Part shown: positions 18,702 through 29,107 of the stretch, piece by piece | How positions within the stretch are numbered: position 1 is the stretch's first letter | How the letters are laid out: every line of letters begins with the position of its first letter | Source of the DNA: Promethearchaeota archaeon | GTDB taxonomy: Archaea > Asgardarchaeota > Lokiarchaeia > Sigyniarchaeales > SOKP01 | DNA length: 64,000 nucleotides | Assembly (NCBI GenBank): GCA_048940445.1 | Contig: JBHLON010000016.1 | Coordinates: forward strand, 4,322-68,321 | Reading direction: 5' to 3' | Notes under the pieces: generated by a model | What the model was told of the DNA's origin: nothing | Databases searched by the model: none | The model's input: only the letters and a program-made list of their open reading frames with translations | Position numbers and translations under genes: made by a program

Positions 18702-19229
18702 TTACTTTTTCAGATCTTTATAACAGGATATGCACATTTTTGTTCCTTGATAATCAACAAGGCGAGAAGTCATTGTTAATTCGTTGCATACCTCACAAGG
18801 TATAGATTCTTCAATCTCAGCACGTCTAGGTGGGTTAAATTCTACTTCATTAATTGTAAAGATTTTCTCTGGATTAGATGATAATAATTTTTTTACTCTT
18901 TCATCTCGTGATAATTTTTTGTCTTCAAAAACAGAAGCTTTTAATGCTAATCGAATTCCTTTCTTTAATTTGCGGTCGTAAATTGTAAAATTATTCTTTC
19001 CATAATCTAAATGTATTAAATTTCCTTTACCATATGTAGTACCTAATAATGCTTGAATTGCATCCACGCTGCAATTATCATTTTCGACCACAGCTACTAG
19101 CTCCTCATCTACCGAGGGTTTAAAACCATGATCTAAAATATATTTTGCTACTAATACACCAATTGCTAAACCTGGGCATATATGACCATGAAATAAAGTC
19201 GCTTTTTTCATTAAATCTTGTATCTCCAA
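18702..19229 (-). CDS. FmdE-domain protein with C-terminal zinc ribbon
   Basis: 'FHGHICPGLAIG' is the hallmark of the formylmethanofuran dehydrogenase subunit E family. C-terminal 'CEVCNE...CISC'. Confidence 0.8.
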   Translation of the reverse strand: MEIQDLMKKATLFHGHICPGLAIGVLVAKYILDHGFKPSVDEELVAVVENDNCSVDAIQALLGTTYGKGNLIHLDYGKNNFTIYDRKLKKGIRLALKASVFEDKKLSRDERVKKLLSSNPEKIFTINEVEFNPPRRAEIEESIPCEVCNELTMTSRLVDYQGTKMCISCYKDLKK

Positions 19230-19309
19230 TTAACTCACCAAAAATAATCTCTTTTAATAAAAAATCCATTATATAATTTATTAGATGATATTTATTTTTT
19301 TTTATTGAT

Positions 19310-19834
19310 ATGAAATTTTCTATTGAAAAAACAGTTGATTTGAAATTCCTTGTTGATGCAATGTTGGGAAGATTAGCCCGATTTTTGCGAATTTTTGGAT
19401 ATGATACAATATATGCAAATGATCTGAAGGAATATTTTAAAATGGATCCCATACCTGACAATGATTTAGAAAAGTATGCGGAAAATGATGATCGCATCAT
19501 TATAACGAAAGATTACTCCTTTTATACTAAAACCAAAAACATAAGTATCTATTTAAAAGGAGAAGGTATATACAATTACTTAAATCAACTTAAAAAAACT
19601 TTAGATATAACTTATGAGTTTGATTTAAAGAAAGCAAGATGTTCTGTTTGTAATTCAGAATTAATAAGAATTGAAAAGAAACAATTAATCAGAGACAAAG
19701 TCTTAAAAGAGACTTATAAGAATTATAATGAATTTTATCAATGTATTAACCCAAAATGCAATAAAATATTTTGGAATGGACCTCATATACTAAACATCAC
19801 AAAAAATTTGAAGAGAAAATTAGCTCTTGAATAA
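19310..19834 (+). CDS. Mut7-C (DUF82) PIN-like RNase domain protein with Zn ribbon
   Basis: 'FLVDAMLGRLARFLRIFGYDT' and C-terminal 'CSVCN...CINPKC'. Confidence 0.75.
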   Translation: MKFSIEKTVDLKFLVDAMLGRLARFLRIFGYDTIYANDLKEYFKMDPIPDNDLEKYAENDDRIIITKDYSFYTKTKNISIYLKGEGIYNYLNQLKKTLDITYEFDLKKARCSVCNSELIRIEKKQLIRDKVLKETYKNYNEFYQCINPKCNKIFWNGPHILNITKNLKRKLALE

Positions 19835-19843
19835 GTGTCGATT

Positions 19844-20065
19844 CTAAAAATAAGTCTGTTTAATCTCTTGAAATCTTCTTTTTGTTTTTTCAGCTTCTTC
19901 AGTACATTTGCCCTTTGAATACATATTATATGCCTGATTCAGTAATTCAAGTGCTTTTTTATATTCTTTATTTTTAAAATGGTTCTCTGAAAGTTCCACT
20001 AAGGAATCACCTTTTTTCCTATAATAAGCCATAAAATCCTTAGATGTATCAATATTCTTGTCCAT
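19844..20065 (-). CDS. Small helical hypothetical protein (TPR/MIT-like helix pair)
   Basis: The 73-aa ORF fills the gap between flanking genes. 'HFKNKEYKKALELLNQAYNMY' looks like a TPR/MIT-type helix. No firm family assignment. Confidence 0.4.
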   Translation of the reverse strand: MDKNIDTSKDFMAYYRKKGDSLVELSENHFKNKEYKKALELLNQAYNMYSKGKCTEEAEKTKRRFQEIKQTYF

Positions 20066-20121
20066 GATCTTATCTTTATTACTCTTTTAAGACTATATAT
20101 AATTAATTAAATCTGTATTGT

Positions 20122-21546
20122 TTAAAATTTTTCTGCTTTTCTACGAAACTCCTCTAAGTCTACGACTTTATCGTTTAATCGGGATTCTTCAGCAGCAAAA
20201 GCCATCAGATGACTTTCTAATGATGCACGGGCACTTGTTAAGGGTTGGATTTTGCGTTTTCCCATATGACTCTCAACAAATTCATCCAAAAGTTCAAAAT
20301 CCCCTTCATCGACACTAGCCGTTTTAAATGCCATTTTTCTTTTATGTATTAGATTCTTCTTTCCTGAAAAATGGTCATATAAAAATATTTTTTCCCCACT
20401 CATATTAAACTCTCCAATTAGTGTTGCTTTTGTTCCATCTATTCTTAATGTACGTCCTTCTTGTTCGCTGAAGCCATGCATAGTTAGATTAGCTGTAACT
20501 CCATTTTCGAACTCAATATTCACAATTTGATGATCAACTACATTATTATCACAGTGATAAACGCATCTACCATAGGGACTTTTTTTTAGAATCATAGCCT
20601 TAGCATTATCGGAATAGTCTTCCTTCTGATTGGCATATAAATAATATATGGGAAAATCTTGGTAATATCTCAATCTTTTTAATGGTTTTATAATCTTAGA
20701 GATAAGAGTCAGAAGAGTTAAATGGTTCCTTCTTAATCGAGCTAATAATTTTATAAATATATTTTCACTTTTTGCCATCATTTGAGTTATTGGCTCAATA
20801 TCAATATAAATTCTTGGAGCATAATAGAGGCAGTATTTTTTTGCAGGACATCCATCCAAACAATACTCCGGAGCTCTTTTTGGAGCATTTTCTGGCTTGA
20901 AAAACAATAAATTACCAAAAGAACTAATCTTTTCTGGTAAAGAATTTACTATCCAATAAAGGAGATCTAAGTCATGACAGCATTTGGCAAGGATCATAGG
21001 TGAAGATTTTTCACTATTAGCCCATGGTCCTCTTATGTAGCTATGTGCATAATGATACCACATAACATTCTCTCTATGTGTAATATTGACAATGTCTCCA
21101 AGCAACCCTTTATGGACAATATTATGTACTTTTGAAAAAAAATCAGAGTATCTAAGTATATGTGCTACTACTAAGATTCTGCCTGTTTCTTCTACTTTTT
21201 TCACTATTTTAACGCTATCTTTTAGAGTGTGTGCCATTGGTTTTTCTAATAATATATCATATCCTTTTTCTAAAGCATGAATAGTAGGTTCTGTGTGCAT
21301 TTGATCTTGGGTACAAATAAAAGCAACATCTGCTAATTGATCCTCTTTAAATAAATCCTGCCAACTTTCGTAGCACTTTTCAGGAAGAATTCCATGTAGC
21401 GAAGCGAATTTCTTACGTCTTGTTTCTATTGGTTCAGCCACAGCAACAAATTTTAATTTTTTTCTATTCTTTAAAGCGTACTCGCCATATACCGTTAAGC
21501 CACGCCTACCAGCTCCAATTAGTACAGCAGTTATAGGTTTTTTCAT
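20122..21546 (-). CDS. Gfo/Idh/MocA-family NAD(P)-dependent oxidoreductase
   Basis: N-terminal Rossmann 'AVLIGAGRRG', and 'LLEKPMA' (the EKP motif). Lies 15 nt downstream of aroC on the same strand. Confidence 0.8.
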   Translation of the reverse strand: MKKPITAVLIGAGRRGLTVYGEYALKNRKKLKFVAVAEPIETRRKKFASLHGILPEKCYESWQDLFKEDQLADVAFICTQDQMHTEPTIHALEKGYDILLEKPMAHTLKDSVKIVKKVEETGRILVVAHILRYSDFFSKVHNIVHKGLLGDIVNITHRENVMWYHYAHSYIRGPWANSEKSSPMILAKCCHDLDLLYWIVNSLPEKISSFGNLLFFKPENAPKRAPEYCLDGCPAKKYCLYYAPRIYIDIEPITQMMAKSENIFIKLLARLRRNHLTLLTLISKIIKPLKRLRYYQDFPIYYLYANQKEDYSDNAKAMILKKSPYGRCVYHCDNNVVDHQIVNIEFENGVTANLTMHGFSEQEGRTLRIDGTKATLIGEFNMSGEKIFLYDHFSGKKNLIHKRKMAFKTASVDEGDFELLDEFVESHMGKRKIQPLTSARASLESHLMAFAAEESRLNDKVVDLEEFRRKAEKF

Positions 21547-21561
21547 TTTTATATAAATCTT

Positions 21562-22677
21562 CTATTCTTTTATAACAGAAGGAATTTTTCCTTCTATTAA
21601 TAAATAATCTAATAAAACAATAGCAGTCATCGCTTCAATGACAATAATAATCCGAGGCACAATACAAGGATCATGTTTTCCTTCAATTTGGATGACCTCA
21701 TGATTCATAGTCTTAAGATTTATAGTTTTTTGGGGTAACTTAATAGAAGGAGTTGGTTTAACTGCTACTGTGAATTCTATTGGCATTCCCGTTGATATCC
21801 CTCCTACAATTCCTCCTGAATCATTCTTTTCGGTTAAAATTTTACCATTCTCAAAAATCCAAGGATCATTATGCTCTGATCCTTTCATTCGAGCAGCATT
21901 AAAACCTGCTCCAAACTCAATTCCTTTTATCGCGGGAATCGCAAAAATTGCTCTACTTAAGTTTGACTTAATATTATTAAATATGGGACCTCCAACACCA
22001 GCTGGGAAATTATTAACTATACATTTAACTAAACCGCCTATAGAATCTCCCTTAGTTTTCACAGTCTCAACTTCTTTCACCATTTTTTTAGATAATTCTA
22101 CATTCAACGCTCTCACAGGGGATTCTTCTCTGATTTTAATCATCTTATTAATGTCCTTAATGTTATAATTAAAATTATCTATTACGGATCCAATTCCTTT
22201 GGTATATGCGAAAATGTTTATATTATTCCTCAGCAAAACCTGCTTCGCTAATGCACCCGCCATAACAAAACTTGCGGTCATTCTTCCAGAAAAATGTCCA
22301 GATCCTCTATAATCTGCAAATCCTCCAAATTTCTTCAAAGAACTATAATCAATTTGAGAGGGTCTCAATAAATTTTTGATTTTTTCATATTTTGATGAAT
22401 CAACATCTTCATTTTTAATAATAAGACATATTGGAGCTCCTGTTGTTTTTTTATTAAAAATACCTGAAAATACACGTGCTTTATCAGATTCTCTCCTAGA
22501 CGATGTTAAATTTGAGAGACCAGGTTTCCTAAAATCTAGTTCCTTTTGTATTAAATTTATATCGAAATCTAAACCTGCTGGTATACCATCAACTATGACA
22601 CCTATAATGTCTCCATGACTTTCTCCGAAACAAGTTATTTTTAAAGCATTACCAAATGTATTATTTCCCAATTTCAA
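21562..22677 (-). CDS. aroC: Chorismate synthase
   Basis: 'FGESHG', 'RPGLSNLTSSRRESD' and 'SGRMTA' motifs. 371 aa. Confidence 0.9.
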   Translation of the reverse strand: MKLGNNTFGNALKITCFGESHGDIIGVIVDGIPAGLDFDINLIQKELDFRKPGLSNLTSSRRESDKARVFSGIFNKKTTGAPICLIIKNEDVDSSKYEKIKNLLRPSQIDYSSLKKFGGFADYRGSGHFSGRMTASFVMAGALAKQVLLRNNINIFAYTKGIGSVIDNFNYNIKDINKMIKIREESPVRALNVELSKKMVKEVETVKTKGDSIGGLVKCIVNNFPAGVGGPIFNNIKSNLSRAIFAIPAIKGIEFGAGFNAARMKGSEHNDPWIFENGKILTEKNDSGGIVGGISTGMPIEFTVAVKPTPSIKLPQKTINLKTMNHEVIQIEGKHDPCIVPRIIIVIEAMTAIVLLDYLLIEGKIPSVIKE

Positions 22678-22780
22678 AACTCATAAAAATTATTTGAACT
22701 ATTAGCTATTTTTTAATTAATATTATATCCTTAATTTTCTTAAGTTTTTATTCAAATAAGATCATTATTTTAAAGAAAAA

Positions 22781-24094
22781 ATGAGTATTAAAATTGATCC
22801 AATTAGCTGTTTAAATGGAGATGTATTAGCACCTCCATCAAAAAGTTATTCACACCGTGTATTTATAGCTGCAAGTTTAGCTGAAGGGGTTTCAATTATT
22901 AAGAATCCATTAATAGTTGGTGATGTGGGCATTACGGTTGAAATTTTGGAAAAATTAGGTATTAAGATCTTAAATGTAGGAAATACTACTTATATCGTTG
23001 AGAGAACTGAAAAAGCTTTTAAAAAATGTGACGAAATATTAGACTGTAAAAATTCTGGCACTTCAATAAGAATTTTTAGCGTTTTATCACTCTTAATTGA
23101 AGGAGGGCTTTCGCTCACAGGTGAGTTCTTAAAACGGAATAGACCGATTATATCTCTTTTGGATTCCTTAAATAATATAGGAGCAAAATATAAGATGTCA
23201 GAAAATGTGTTATCTATCACTAGGATTAATAGAAAATGTGATATAATTAAAATTCCTGGAAATATAAGTTCACAATTCATAACTTCGCTTTTAATGGTTT
23301 GCCCATTATTAAAATGCGTAAATTATGATCATATAACAATTGAAGTGAATACTCCAGTAAGATCATACCCTTATATAGAAATTACTAAGCACGTTTTAGA
23401 GTCATTTGGAATAAACATTATAGAGGTTTTAAATCATGAGAAATTTATTAGATATTATATTAGCATTCCTCAAAATTATCGTACCCAGTCTTTTGAAATT
23501 CCGGGCGATTTTTCATCGATTGCTAATATAATTGCTGCCACAATACTTTCACCAGAGGATTCAAAGGTAATTATCTATAATTTAAATTTTGAAAAACCAC
23601 AAGGTGACAAAAGAATACTTGAGATTTTAACAAAAATGGGTGCTAATATACAGATTGAAGAAAATAGTTTAACCGTTTATGGCAATCGAAATAAATTTGT
23701 TTTAAGAGGATTAGATATCGATGTAAGCCAAAATCCTGATTTATTTCCTATCTTAGCAATTATTGGAGCATTTGCAGAAGGTAAAACTACTTTATATAAC
23801 ACTTCTACTCTTAAATTCAAAGAAAGCGATAGAATTGAAACAGTTGCTTCACAATTAACTAAAATGGGAGTTAAAGTTAAACAAGGAGAGGATACACTTA
23901 CTATTTATAAATGTAAAAAATTGAAAGGCTCAATAATTAACCATGAACAAGATCATAGAATTGCTATGGCTTTTATCGTAGCATCATTATACGCAGATTC
24001 AAGTTCTCAAATCAATAAAATAGAAATAATAAATGACTCTTATCCAAATTTTGTTAACGATCTAAATAAATTAGGTGCAAATATTAAAGTTTAA
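22781..24094 (+). CDS. aroA: 3-phosphoshikimate 1-carboxyvinyltransferase (EPSP synthase)
   Basis: 'PPSKSYSHR', 'NSGTSIR', 'KESDR' and 'DHRIAMAF' motifs. 437 aa. Confidence 0.9.
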   Translation: MSIKIDPISCLNGDVLAPPSKSYSHRVFIAASLAEGVSIIKNPLIVGDVGITVEILEKLGIKILNVGNTTYIVERTEKAFKKCDEILDCKNSGTSIRIFSVLSLLIEGGLSLTGEFLKRNRPIISLLDSLNNIGAKYKMSENVLSITRINRKCDIIKIPGNISSQFITSLLMVCPLLKCVNYDHITIEVNTPVRSYPYIEITKHVLESFGINIIEVLNHEKFIRYYISIPQNYRTQSFEIPGDFSSIANIIAATILSPEDSKVIIYNLNFEKPQGDKRILEILTKMGANIQIEENSLTVYGNRNKFVLRGLDIDVSQNPDLFPILAIIGAFAEGKTTLYNTSTLKFKESDRIETVASQLTKMGVKVKQGEDTLTIYKCKKLKGSIINHEQDHRIAMAFIVASLYADSSSQINKIEIINDSYPNFVNDLNKLGANIKV

Positions 24095-24105
24095 TAAATT
24101 TTTGG

Positions 24106-24522
24106 TTATCTAAACGACTTTTGTCTTCTTTTTCTTGCCTTTGTACCACCAAAGTGTTTAGGTTCTATTCTTCTTGAATCTCCAGAAAGTAATGATTCAT
24201 CATATTCTCTGAATGCTTTTTCAATTGCTTTAGTATTTATAAATTTATTAATCACTTTTGCAATTGCTATTCGAGTAGCATCAGTTTGACCCATTTTTCC
24301 GCCACCTTTGACTTCAACATTAATATCGCATTTATCTATTTTTGGATGTTCAATAACTTTTAATACTTCTTGAATTCTTAATCTTGCAATTTCGGGTTCG
24401 TAAGTTTCTAAGGGGACATTATTAATTTTTATCTGTCCTTTAGCAGGAAACCTTAGTACAGCTCTAGCTATGGCAGATTTTCTTTTTCCTGATGATTGTA
24501 TGATCTTAATTTTTTCAGACAT
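24106..24522 (-). CDS. rps9: 30S ribosomal protein S9 (uS9)
   Basis: 'VKGGGKMGQTDATRIAIAK' and C-terminal 'KARKRRQKSFR'. Confidence 0.95.
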   Translation of the reverse strand: MSEKIKIIQSSGKRKSAIARAVLRFPAKGQIKINNVPLETYEPEIARLRIQEVLKVIEHPKIDKCDINVEVKGGGKMGQTDATRIAIAKVINKFINTKAIEKAFREYDESLLSGDSRRIEPKHFGGTKARKRRQKSFR

Positions 24523-24527
24523 ATTGA

Positions 24528-24998
24528 TTAAGCCTCAATTTTCTTGTTATTCCATCCTAATCGTGAGCATAAATTTTCCAAGGTGATATACTTATTATAA
24601 TACGATAACCTTTTTTTATCAGCATTAGGTATTTCTTGAGGAATTAATTTTTGATACCTTTTCTGAAAACGTTCAGGAATATCACTAATATATACATGCA
24701 CTCTTTTAATAGCATCTTTTCCTCGTAATTTCTTTCTCGGTAACATTTTTTTTATAACTTTTCTCATAAGAGTGTCGGGTCTCCTTGGCCAAAACGGTCC
24801 TCTAGTTGGATTAGTGGCAGTACTAATATTTAATTTACTCAAATATTTTTTATGAATATTATTCTTAGTACCACTAATAATGGCGTACTTAGCATTAATT
24901 ACCACTACTTTCTCTCCAAGTAATACTTTTTTAGCAACCTGACTGCAAAAACGACCTAATATTTTATCTTTAGCATCTAGCAATAAATATTCCTGCAT
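24528..24998 (-). CDS. rpl13: 50S ribosomal protein L13 (uL13)
   Basis: 'DAKDKILGRFCSQVAK...GEKVVVINA' is typical of uL13. Position is between L18e and S9. Confidence 0.9.
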   Translation of the reverse strand: MQEYLLLDAKDKILGRFCSQVAKKVLLGEKVVVINAKYAIISGTKNNIHKKYLSKLNISTATNPTRGPFWPRRPDTLMRKVIKKMLPRKKLRGKDAIKRVHVYISDIPERFQKRYQKLIPQEIPNADKKRLSYYNKYITLENLCSRLGWNNKKIEA

Positions 24999-25022
24999 AT
25001 CGGCTCACTTTTTGATTAAATT

Positions 25023-25379
25023 TTAATAAAATATTTTCACATCTCTTCCTTCAGGATTTTGTTGTAATAATTCCTCAATTGAAATAACTTTACTACCTGA
25101 ATTTTCAATCTTTTTCCTTGCTGGTTTTGAACAGGTTAAGCAAGCAATTGTTATTTTGTGCTCTAATTCTCCATTTCCTAATACTTTTCCTGGAACCACA
25201 ATAACATCACTTTCTTTAGTCTTCTTATTGATTCTATGCAGATTCGCTTCTATTCGATTTTTTCTTGGACCGGATAACTTTTTTGAAATTTGTCTCCAAA
25301 TTCTTCTTTTAGTCTTCCATAAATCTCGGATCAATTTTCTATTAGCATAATCTGAAGGACCAGTGACTCTATGGCTCAT
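25023..25379 (-). CDS. rpl18e: 50S ribosomal protein L18e (eL18)
   Basis: A basic 118-aa protein with 'VVPGKVLGNG'. Conserved position downstream of rpoD. Confidence 0.85.
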   Translation of the reverse strand: MSHRVTGPSDYANRKLIRDLWKTKRRIWRQISKKLSGPRKNRIEANLHRINKKTKESDVIVVPGKVLGNGELEHKITIACLTCSKPARKKIENSGSKVISIEELLQQNPEGRDVKIFY

Positions 25380-25457
25380 TTTTGTAAATCCTTTTTTCTC
25401 ATTATTCGTTAAATATGAAATGTAAAATTTAGGATATTATAATAAATTTTCCATTGA

Positions 25458-26297
25458 CTAAGTTTGTATTTCAAGTTTCTCTAACTTAGTCACAAATTCA
25501 TTGATTTTTTCATTAAATATTTCAAAGGTTTTTTTAATTATTATATTGAACGGGAGTACACCATCGCTTTCTATAGAAAATATATAAGAATTTTCTTTCG
25601 CATATACTTTAATTTTATTATCAGAATTTTTCTCACATGATTGACAAAGAGTGCACTTTTTCCAATAATCTGACTTCAATTTCAAAAGATTTTTCGAAGT
25701 CAATTCAAAAAGCTCTTCAGGACACATTCTCAGGATTAATTTATTTTGATCCAAATTCTTTAAATCGTTTTCATTTAATTCCACAATAGGATAATACCTA
25801 AAAGCAACATTGGAAACTGCTTGCCACTTAGCATGATCTCGTGCAATCCCTAATACAGCATAAGCTTCTAAGATTACTTGATTATTTTTGTCAATCTTTA
25901 CAATTGGAATATTAGGATCCACAGGAATTATTTTTGGATCATTTGATTTTAGATCTCCTGAATAAATATCTATAGGAGCATTTGTAGTATTTGTAATTTC
26001 TAAGGTTAGAGAAACTTGGCAAAGTGGACAACCATAGCCTGAGCATTCACATGAATTTGGGAGATTATATGCTTCTAGATCTGTTTTAAGCGGAATTAAT
26101 CCAATTCTATGGGCTAAAATTTCGTCATAGAGTGGGCTGTCGTTTTTAAGAATAATAACTTCATCAACAGCCATAACAGGAATTTCTGTCAAAATAATTC
26201 GCCGTAATGCATTAACCATTTCTATAGAAATTCCTTCAATTACAAACGTAAGTTGATTGGGAGTTTGTTCAATTACTTCAAGATTTAATGGACTCAT
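25458..26297 (-). CDS. rpoD: DNA-directed RNA polymerase subunit D (Rpo3)
   Basis: 'NALRRIILTEIPVMAVDEV' and 'DEILAHRIGLIPL', plus Cys-rich inserts 'CECSGYGCPLC' and 'CTLCQSCE'. The track starts at TTG 26321; ATG 26297 (MSPLNLEV...) is more plausible. Confidence 0.85.
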   Translation of the reverse strand: MSPLNLEVIEQTPNQLTFVIEGISIEMVNALRRIILTEIPVMAVDEVIILKNDSPLYDEILAHRIGLIPLKTDLEAYNLPNSCECSGYGCPLCQVSLTLEITNTTNAPIDIYSGDLKSNDPKIIPVDPNIPIVKIDKNNQVILEAYAVLGIARDHAKWQAVSNVAFRYYPIVELNENDLKNLDQNKLILRMCPEELFELTSKNLLKLKSDYWKKCTLCQSCEKNSDNKIKVYAKENSYIFSIESDGVLPFNIIIKKTFEIFNEKINEFVTKLEKLEIQT

Positions 26298-26398
26298 TGT
26301 TTTAATAAATAAAAATATCAATTAGTATCAGAATATAATTTCAAATGAGGAATTTAAGATAAATTTTTCTGTTCTTAAAAAAAGAATTATAAAAATAG

Positions 26399-27727
26399 TT
26401 AATAGAACTTGAAATACTCGTATGCTTTATTTGGACTCTGGAAACAATATTTAACTTCTTGAAAATTTCTCCTAAATTCACTAACTTCTTTCTTTACGTT
26501 CGTAGGATCTTTATTATCAATCAATATTTTTTTAATATATTCGGCAATATCTTGCATATCATTTTTTCCCATACCAAGTCTTGTAACTTCTGAAGTACCA
26601 ATTCTTAACCCACCTGGATTTTGATAATGTCTACCTTGAGCGATATCATACGGTAAAAGATTTCGATTGAGAATGATATTTGCATCTTCTAAAAGTTTTT
26701 CTATATCTCCCCCTAAACCATGCGTTTTCTGAAATTCAGTAATATCTACAACAATTTGATGAGACTCTGTAAAACCTTTATGTTCCATTAAAACATTGAT
26801 TCCGCGCTCATATAAAGCTTGACCAAGGGCCTTTGCATTATTTATAACATTTTTATGGTAATTCTTTCCAAACTCAAGCATTTCAGCTAAAGCTATAGCC
26901 AGTCCCGCTACATTATGAAGATGATGGTTTGAAAGAAGGGCTGGAAAGGCACATGATCTCAATGTAGGTATTAAATCTTCCCTATTTGAAATTAAAGCAC
27001 CATGCTGAGGGCCTGGAAGAGTTTTATGAGTACTCATTGTCATAGCATCCACACCTTCTCTTAAAGGATCCTGAAAGTATCCTGATCCAATTAATCCAGC
27101 TACATGAGCTGCATCATATCCCACATAAGCACCAACTTCTTTAGCAACATCACCAAGTTCTTTTACAGGGTGAGGAAATAAAAATACTGAACCTCCAAAT
27201 AAAACTAATTCTGGTTTGAATTCCCTTATAATTTTAGCTGAGGCATCAATATCTAGATTCATTTCATCATTATCAAAGGCGAGATATTCCACATTTAATC
27301 CCCTAGTTGTGCCAGCTGTACCAAAAATTTCTCTCCCACTTTTTGCAAATCTCGGGCCATGAGAAATATGTCCTCCTCTAACAATAGACATACAACACAT
27401 CTTTCCATTATTATCTGAGGTAAAAGCATTATACATGGTTAAATTTGCAACAACACCTGAAACAGGACGAACATCGGCATGAATGGACTTAAAGTATTCA
27501 TTAGCTAAATCCATACATATATCTTCTATTTTATCTATATATTTACATCCAGCATATACACGTTCCCCGCTCCATCCTTCTGCATATCGGTGACTGAAAT
27601 CACAACTGCATGCCTCATCAACTGCAGGGCTAGTGATATTTTCTGAAGCGATTAAAGGAATACTTTTAGAAAACCAATCATGATGTTCTACTAATAAATT
27701 TCTAATCTCTTTAACCTTATTCTTCAC
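26399..27727 (-). CDS. glyA: Serine hydroxymethyltransferase
   Basis: 'LIASENITSPAV', and the PLP-lysine motif 'STHKTLPGPQHG'. 442 aa. Confidence 0.9.
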   Translation of the reverse strand: MKNKVKEIRNLLVEHHDWFSKSIPLIASENITSPAVDEACSCDFSHRYAEGWSGERVYAGCKYIDKIEDICMDLANEYFKSIHADVRPVSGVVANLTMYNAFTSDNNGKMCCMSIVRGGHISHGPRFAKSGREIFGTAGTTRGLNVEYLAFDNDEMNLDIDASAKIIREFKPELVLFGGSVFLFPHPVKELGDVAKEVGAYVGYDAAHVAGLIGSGYFQDPLREGVDAMTMSTHKTLPGPQHGALISNREDLIPTLRSCAFPALLSNHHLHNVAGLAIALAEMLEFGKNYHKNVINNAKALGQALYERGINVLMEHKGFTESHQIVVDITEFQKTHGLGGDIEKLLEDANIILNRNLLPYDIAQGRHYQNPGGLRIGTSEVTRLGMGKNDMQDIAEYIKKILIDNKDPTNVKKEVSEFRRNFQEVKYCFQSPNKAYEYFKFY

Positions 27728-27941
27728 TTCTGATCTAACCTATTTTATAAATTTAAAGATGGTTAAATTAATAATAAAAAAACAATTTTTTTAAATCTTA
27801 TCTCAAATAAAAGAATTAATATATTTTAGATACTAGAGTAAAATTGTCAACATAAATCGAATTTACTTGTTTAAAAATTTTCAAAATACTATTTATTTTA
27901 ATCAGAAGTTTCAAAATTAACATAAGATATGTAATCTTAAC

Positions 27942-28859
27942 CTAACCTTTAGATTTCTCTAAAATTAGTCTTGCTTCATATAAGTCTAGCTTTTTACCCG
28001 CTTTTTGTTTTTCTAATGCGGTTGCGAGTTTTTCTTGTTTAATTTTTTCAAGCTCTTCTTCTTTTTTTAAATTAGCTTTATAAGATCTCTTAGGTCTTTT
28101 TCCTCTTTTATAAGATTGTTTATTCCTAGAAAAAGTTCTTCTGTGATTCATTAACTTTAAAAATTGTTCATGATAGTTATCAGCTTCCTTTTTATTTTCA
28201 ATTAATTGTTCTTCGATTCCTTTTTTTTTCCCCTTTAACTCTTTTGTTAACTGAAATAATTCATTCATCTTAGTATGATATTTTTGAGACTTATTGGACC
28301 ACTTATTTAATTGCTCATAAATTTTGCCCAAATTAATTTTAACAATCTGAATTTTCCTTTCTATTTTAAATAAGTCAGAATTTTGTTGTTCTGCTAAATA
28401 ATCCTGTTTAATTTTTGCTAAATCTCTAATTTTATCAACAATAGCATTCTCTTCAGAAATATTTAAGTTTTCAGTTTCTATCCTCCTTTCCATGGTGCTA
28501 ATTTTGTTTTCTATTTGCTTAATTGAGATAACCTTAGAAGTACCTTTTTTTAAACTGCTTGGTTTTTGTATATTTTTCTTTTCTTCTATTAATTTATCCA
28601 AAAATTTTTTATAATCAATCTTTTTTTCTTTTAGCTTTTTAACCTTGCTATTCCAATAATCTCTTTTTTTCTTAAAATCATTCCGTGCTAATTTCAAATA
28701 TCTATTAATTTGATTGTCAATCTCTTGTAAATCATTTATATATTCTTTAGTTTTTTTATTTAAATCGTCTCTCTTGTTTTTAAACTCTTCAATTTGGTGT
28801 TGAAGTTCTTTAAAAGAGAGCCTAGAGGGTTGAGAGAATTGAGATTTTTCGCTGCTCAT
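27942..28859 (-). CDS. K/E-rich coiled-coil protein (archaeal COG1340-like)
   Basis: 305 aa with heptad-like K/E/L periodicity throughout. No enzymatic motif. Confidence 0.6.
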   Translation of the reverse strand: MSSEKSQFSQPSRLSFKELQHQIEEFKNKRDDLNKKTKEYINDLQEIDNQINRYLKLARNDFKKKRDYWNSKVKKLKEKKIDYKKFLDKLIEEKKNIQKPSSLKKGTSKVISIKQIENKISTMERRIETENLNISEENAIVDKIRDLAKIKQDYLAEQQNSDLFKIERKIQIVKINLGKIYEQLNKWSNKSQKYHTKMNELFQLTKELKGKKKGIEEQLIENKKEADNYHEQFLKLMNHRRTFSRNKQSYKRGKRPKRSYKANLKKEEELEKIKQEKLATALEKQKAGKKLDLYEARLILEKSKG

Positions 28860-29107
28860 AGAGGATTCATTAAGGAGTATCTATAAAAAGATTTGATAGA
28901 TTGAGTAATTCAATCTTACATTTATTTTATAGTTTTGGTAAAAAAGCTCTTAATTCATTTAAAGACTTATTTATAATTACAAATTTGTAAAATAATTTAA
29001 AAAGTCTAATCGATGAAGAAAGTTTCTATATAGCTAAAATCGATTTTTATTAAAGAGTAAAATCATTTAATTACTTTAGCTTAATTGAAAATCAAATGGG
29101 ATGATTT

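Noticed and set aside
19120-19500. 126-aa minus-strand ORF spanning the FmdE-like start, the intergenic region and the Mut7-C start.
   Set aside because: It overlaps two well-supported genes in other frames or on the other strand. Its sequence has no motif and an odd composition.
21770-22618. Plus-strand ORFs 21770..22168 and 22376..22618 inside aroC.
   Set aside because: They are antisense to a high-confidence chorismate synthase gene. The Pro/Ile/Ser-rich translations mirror the aroC codons.
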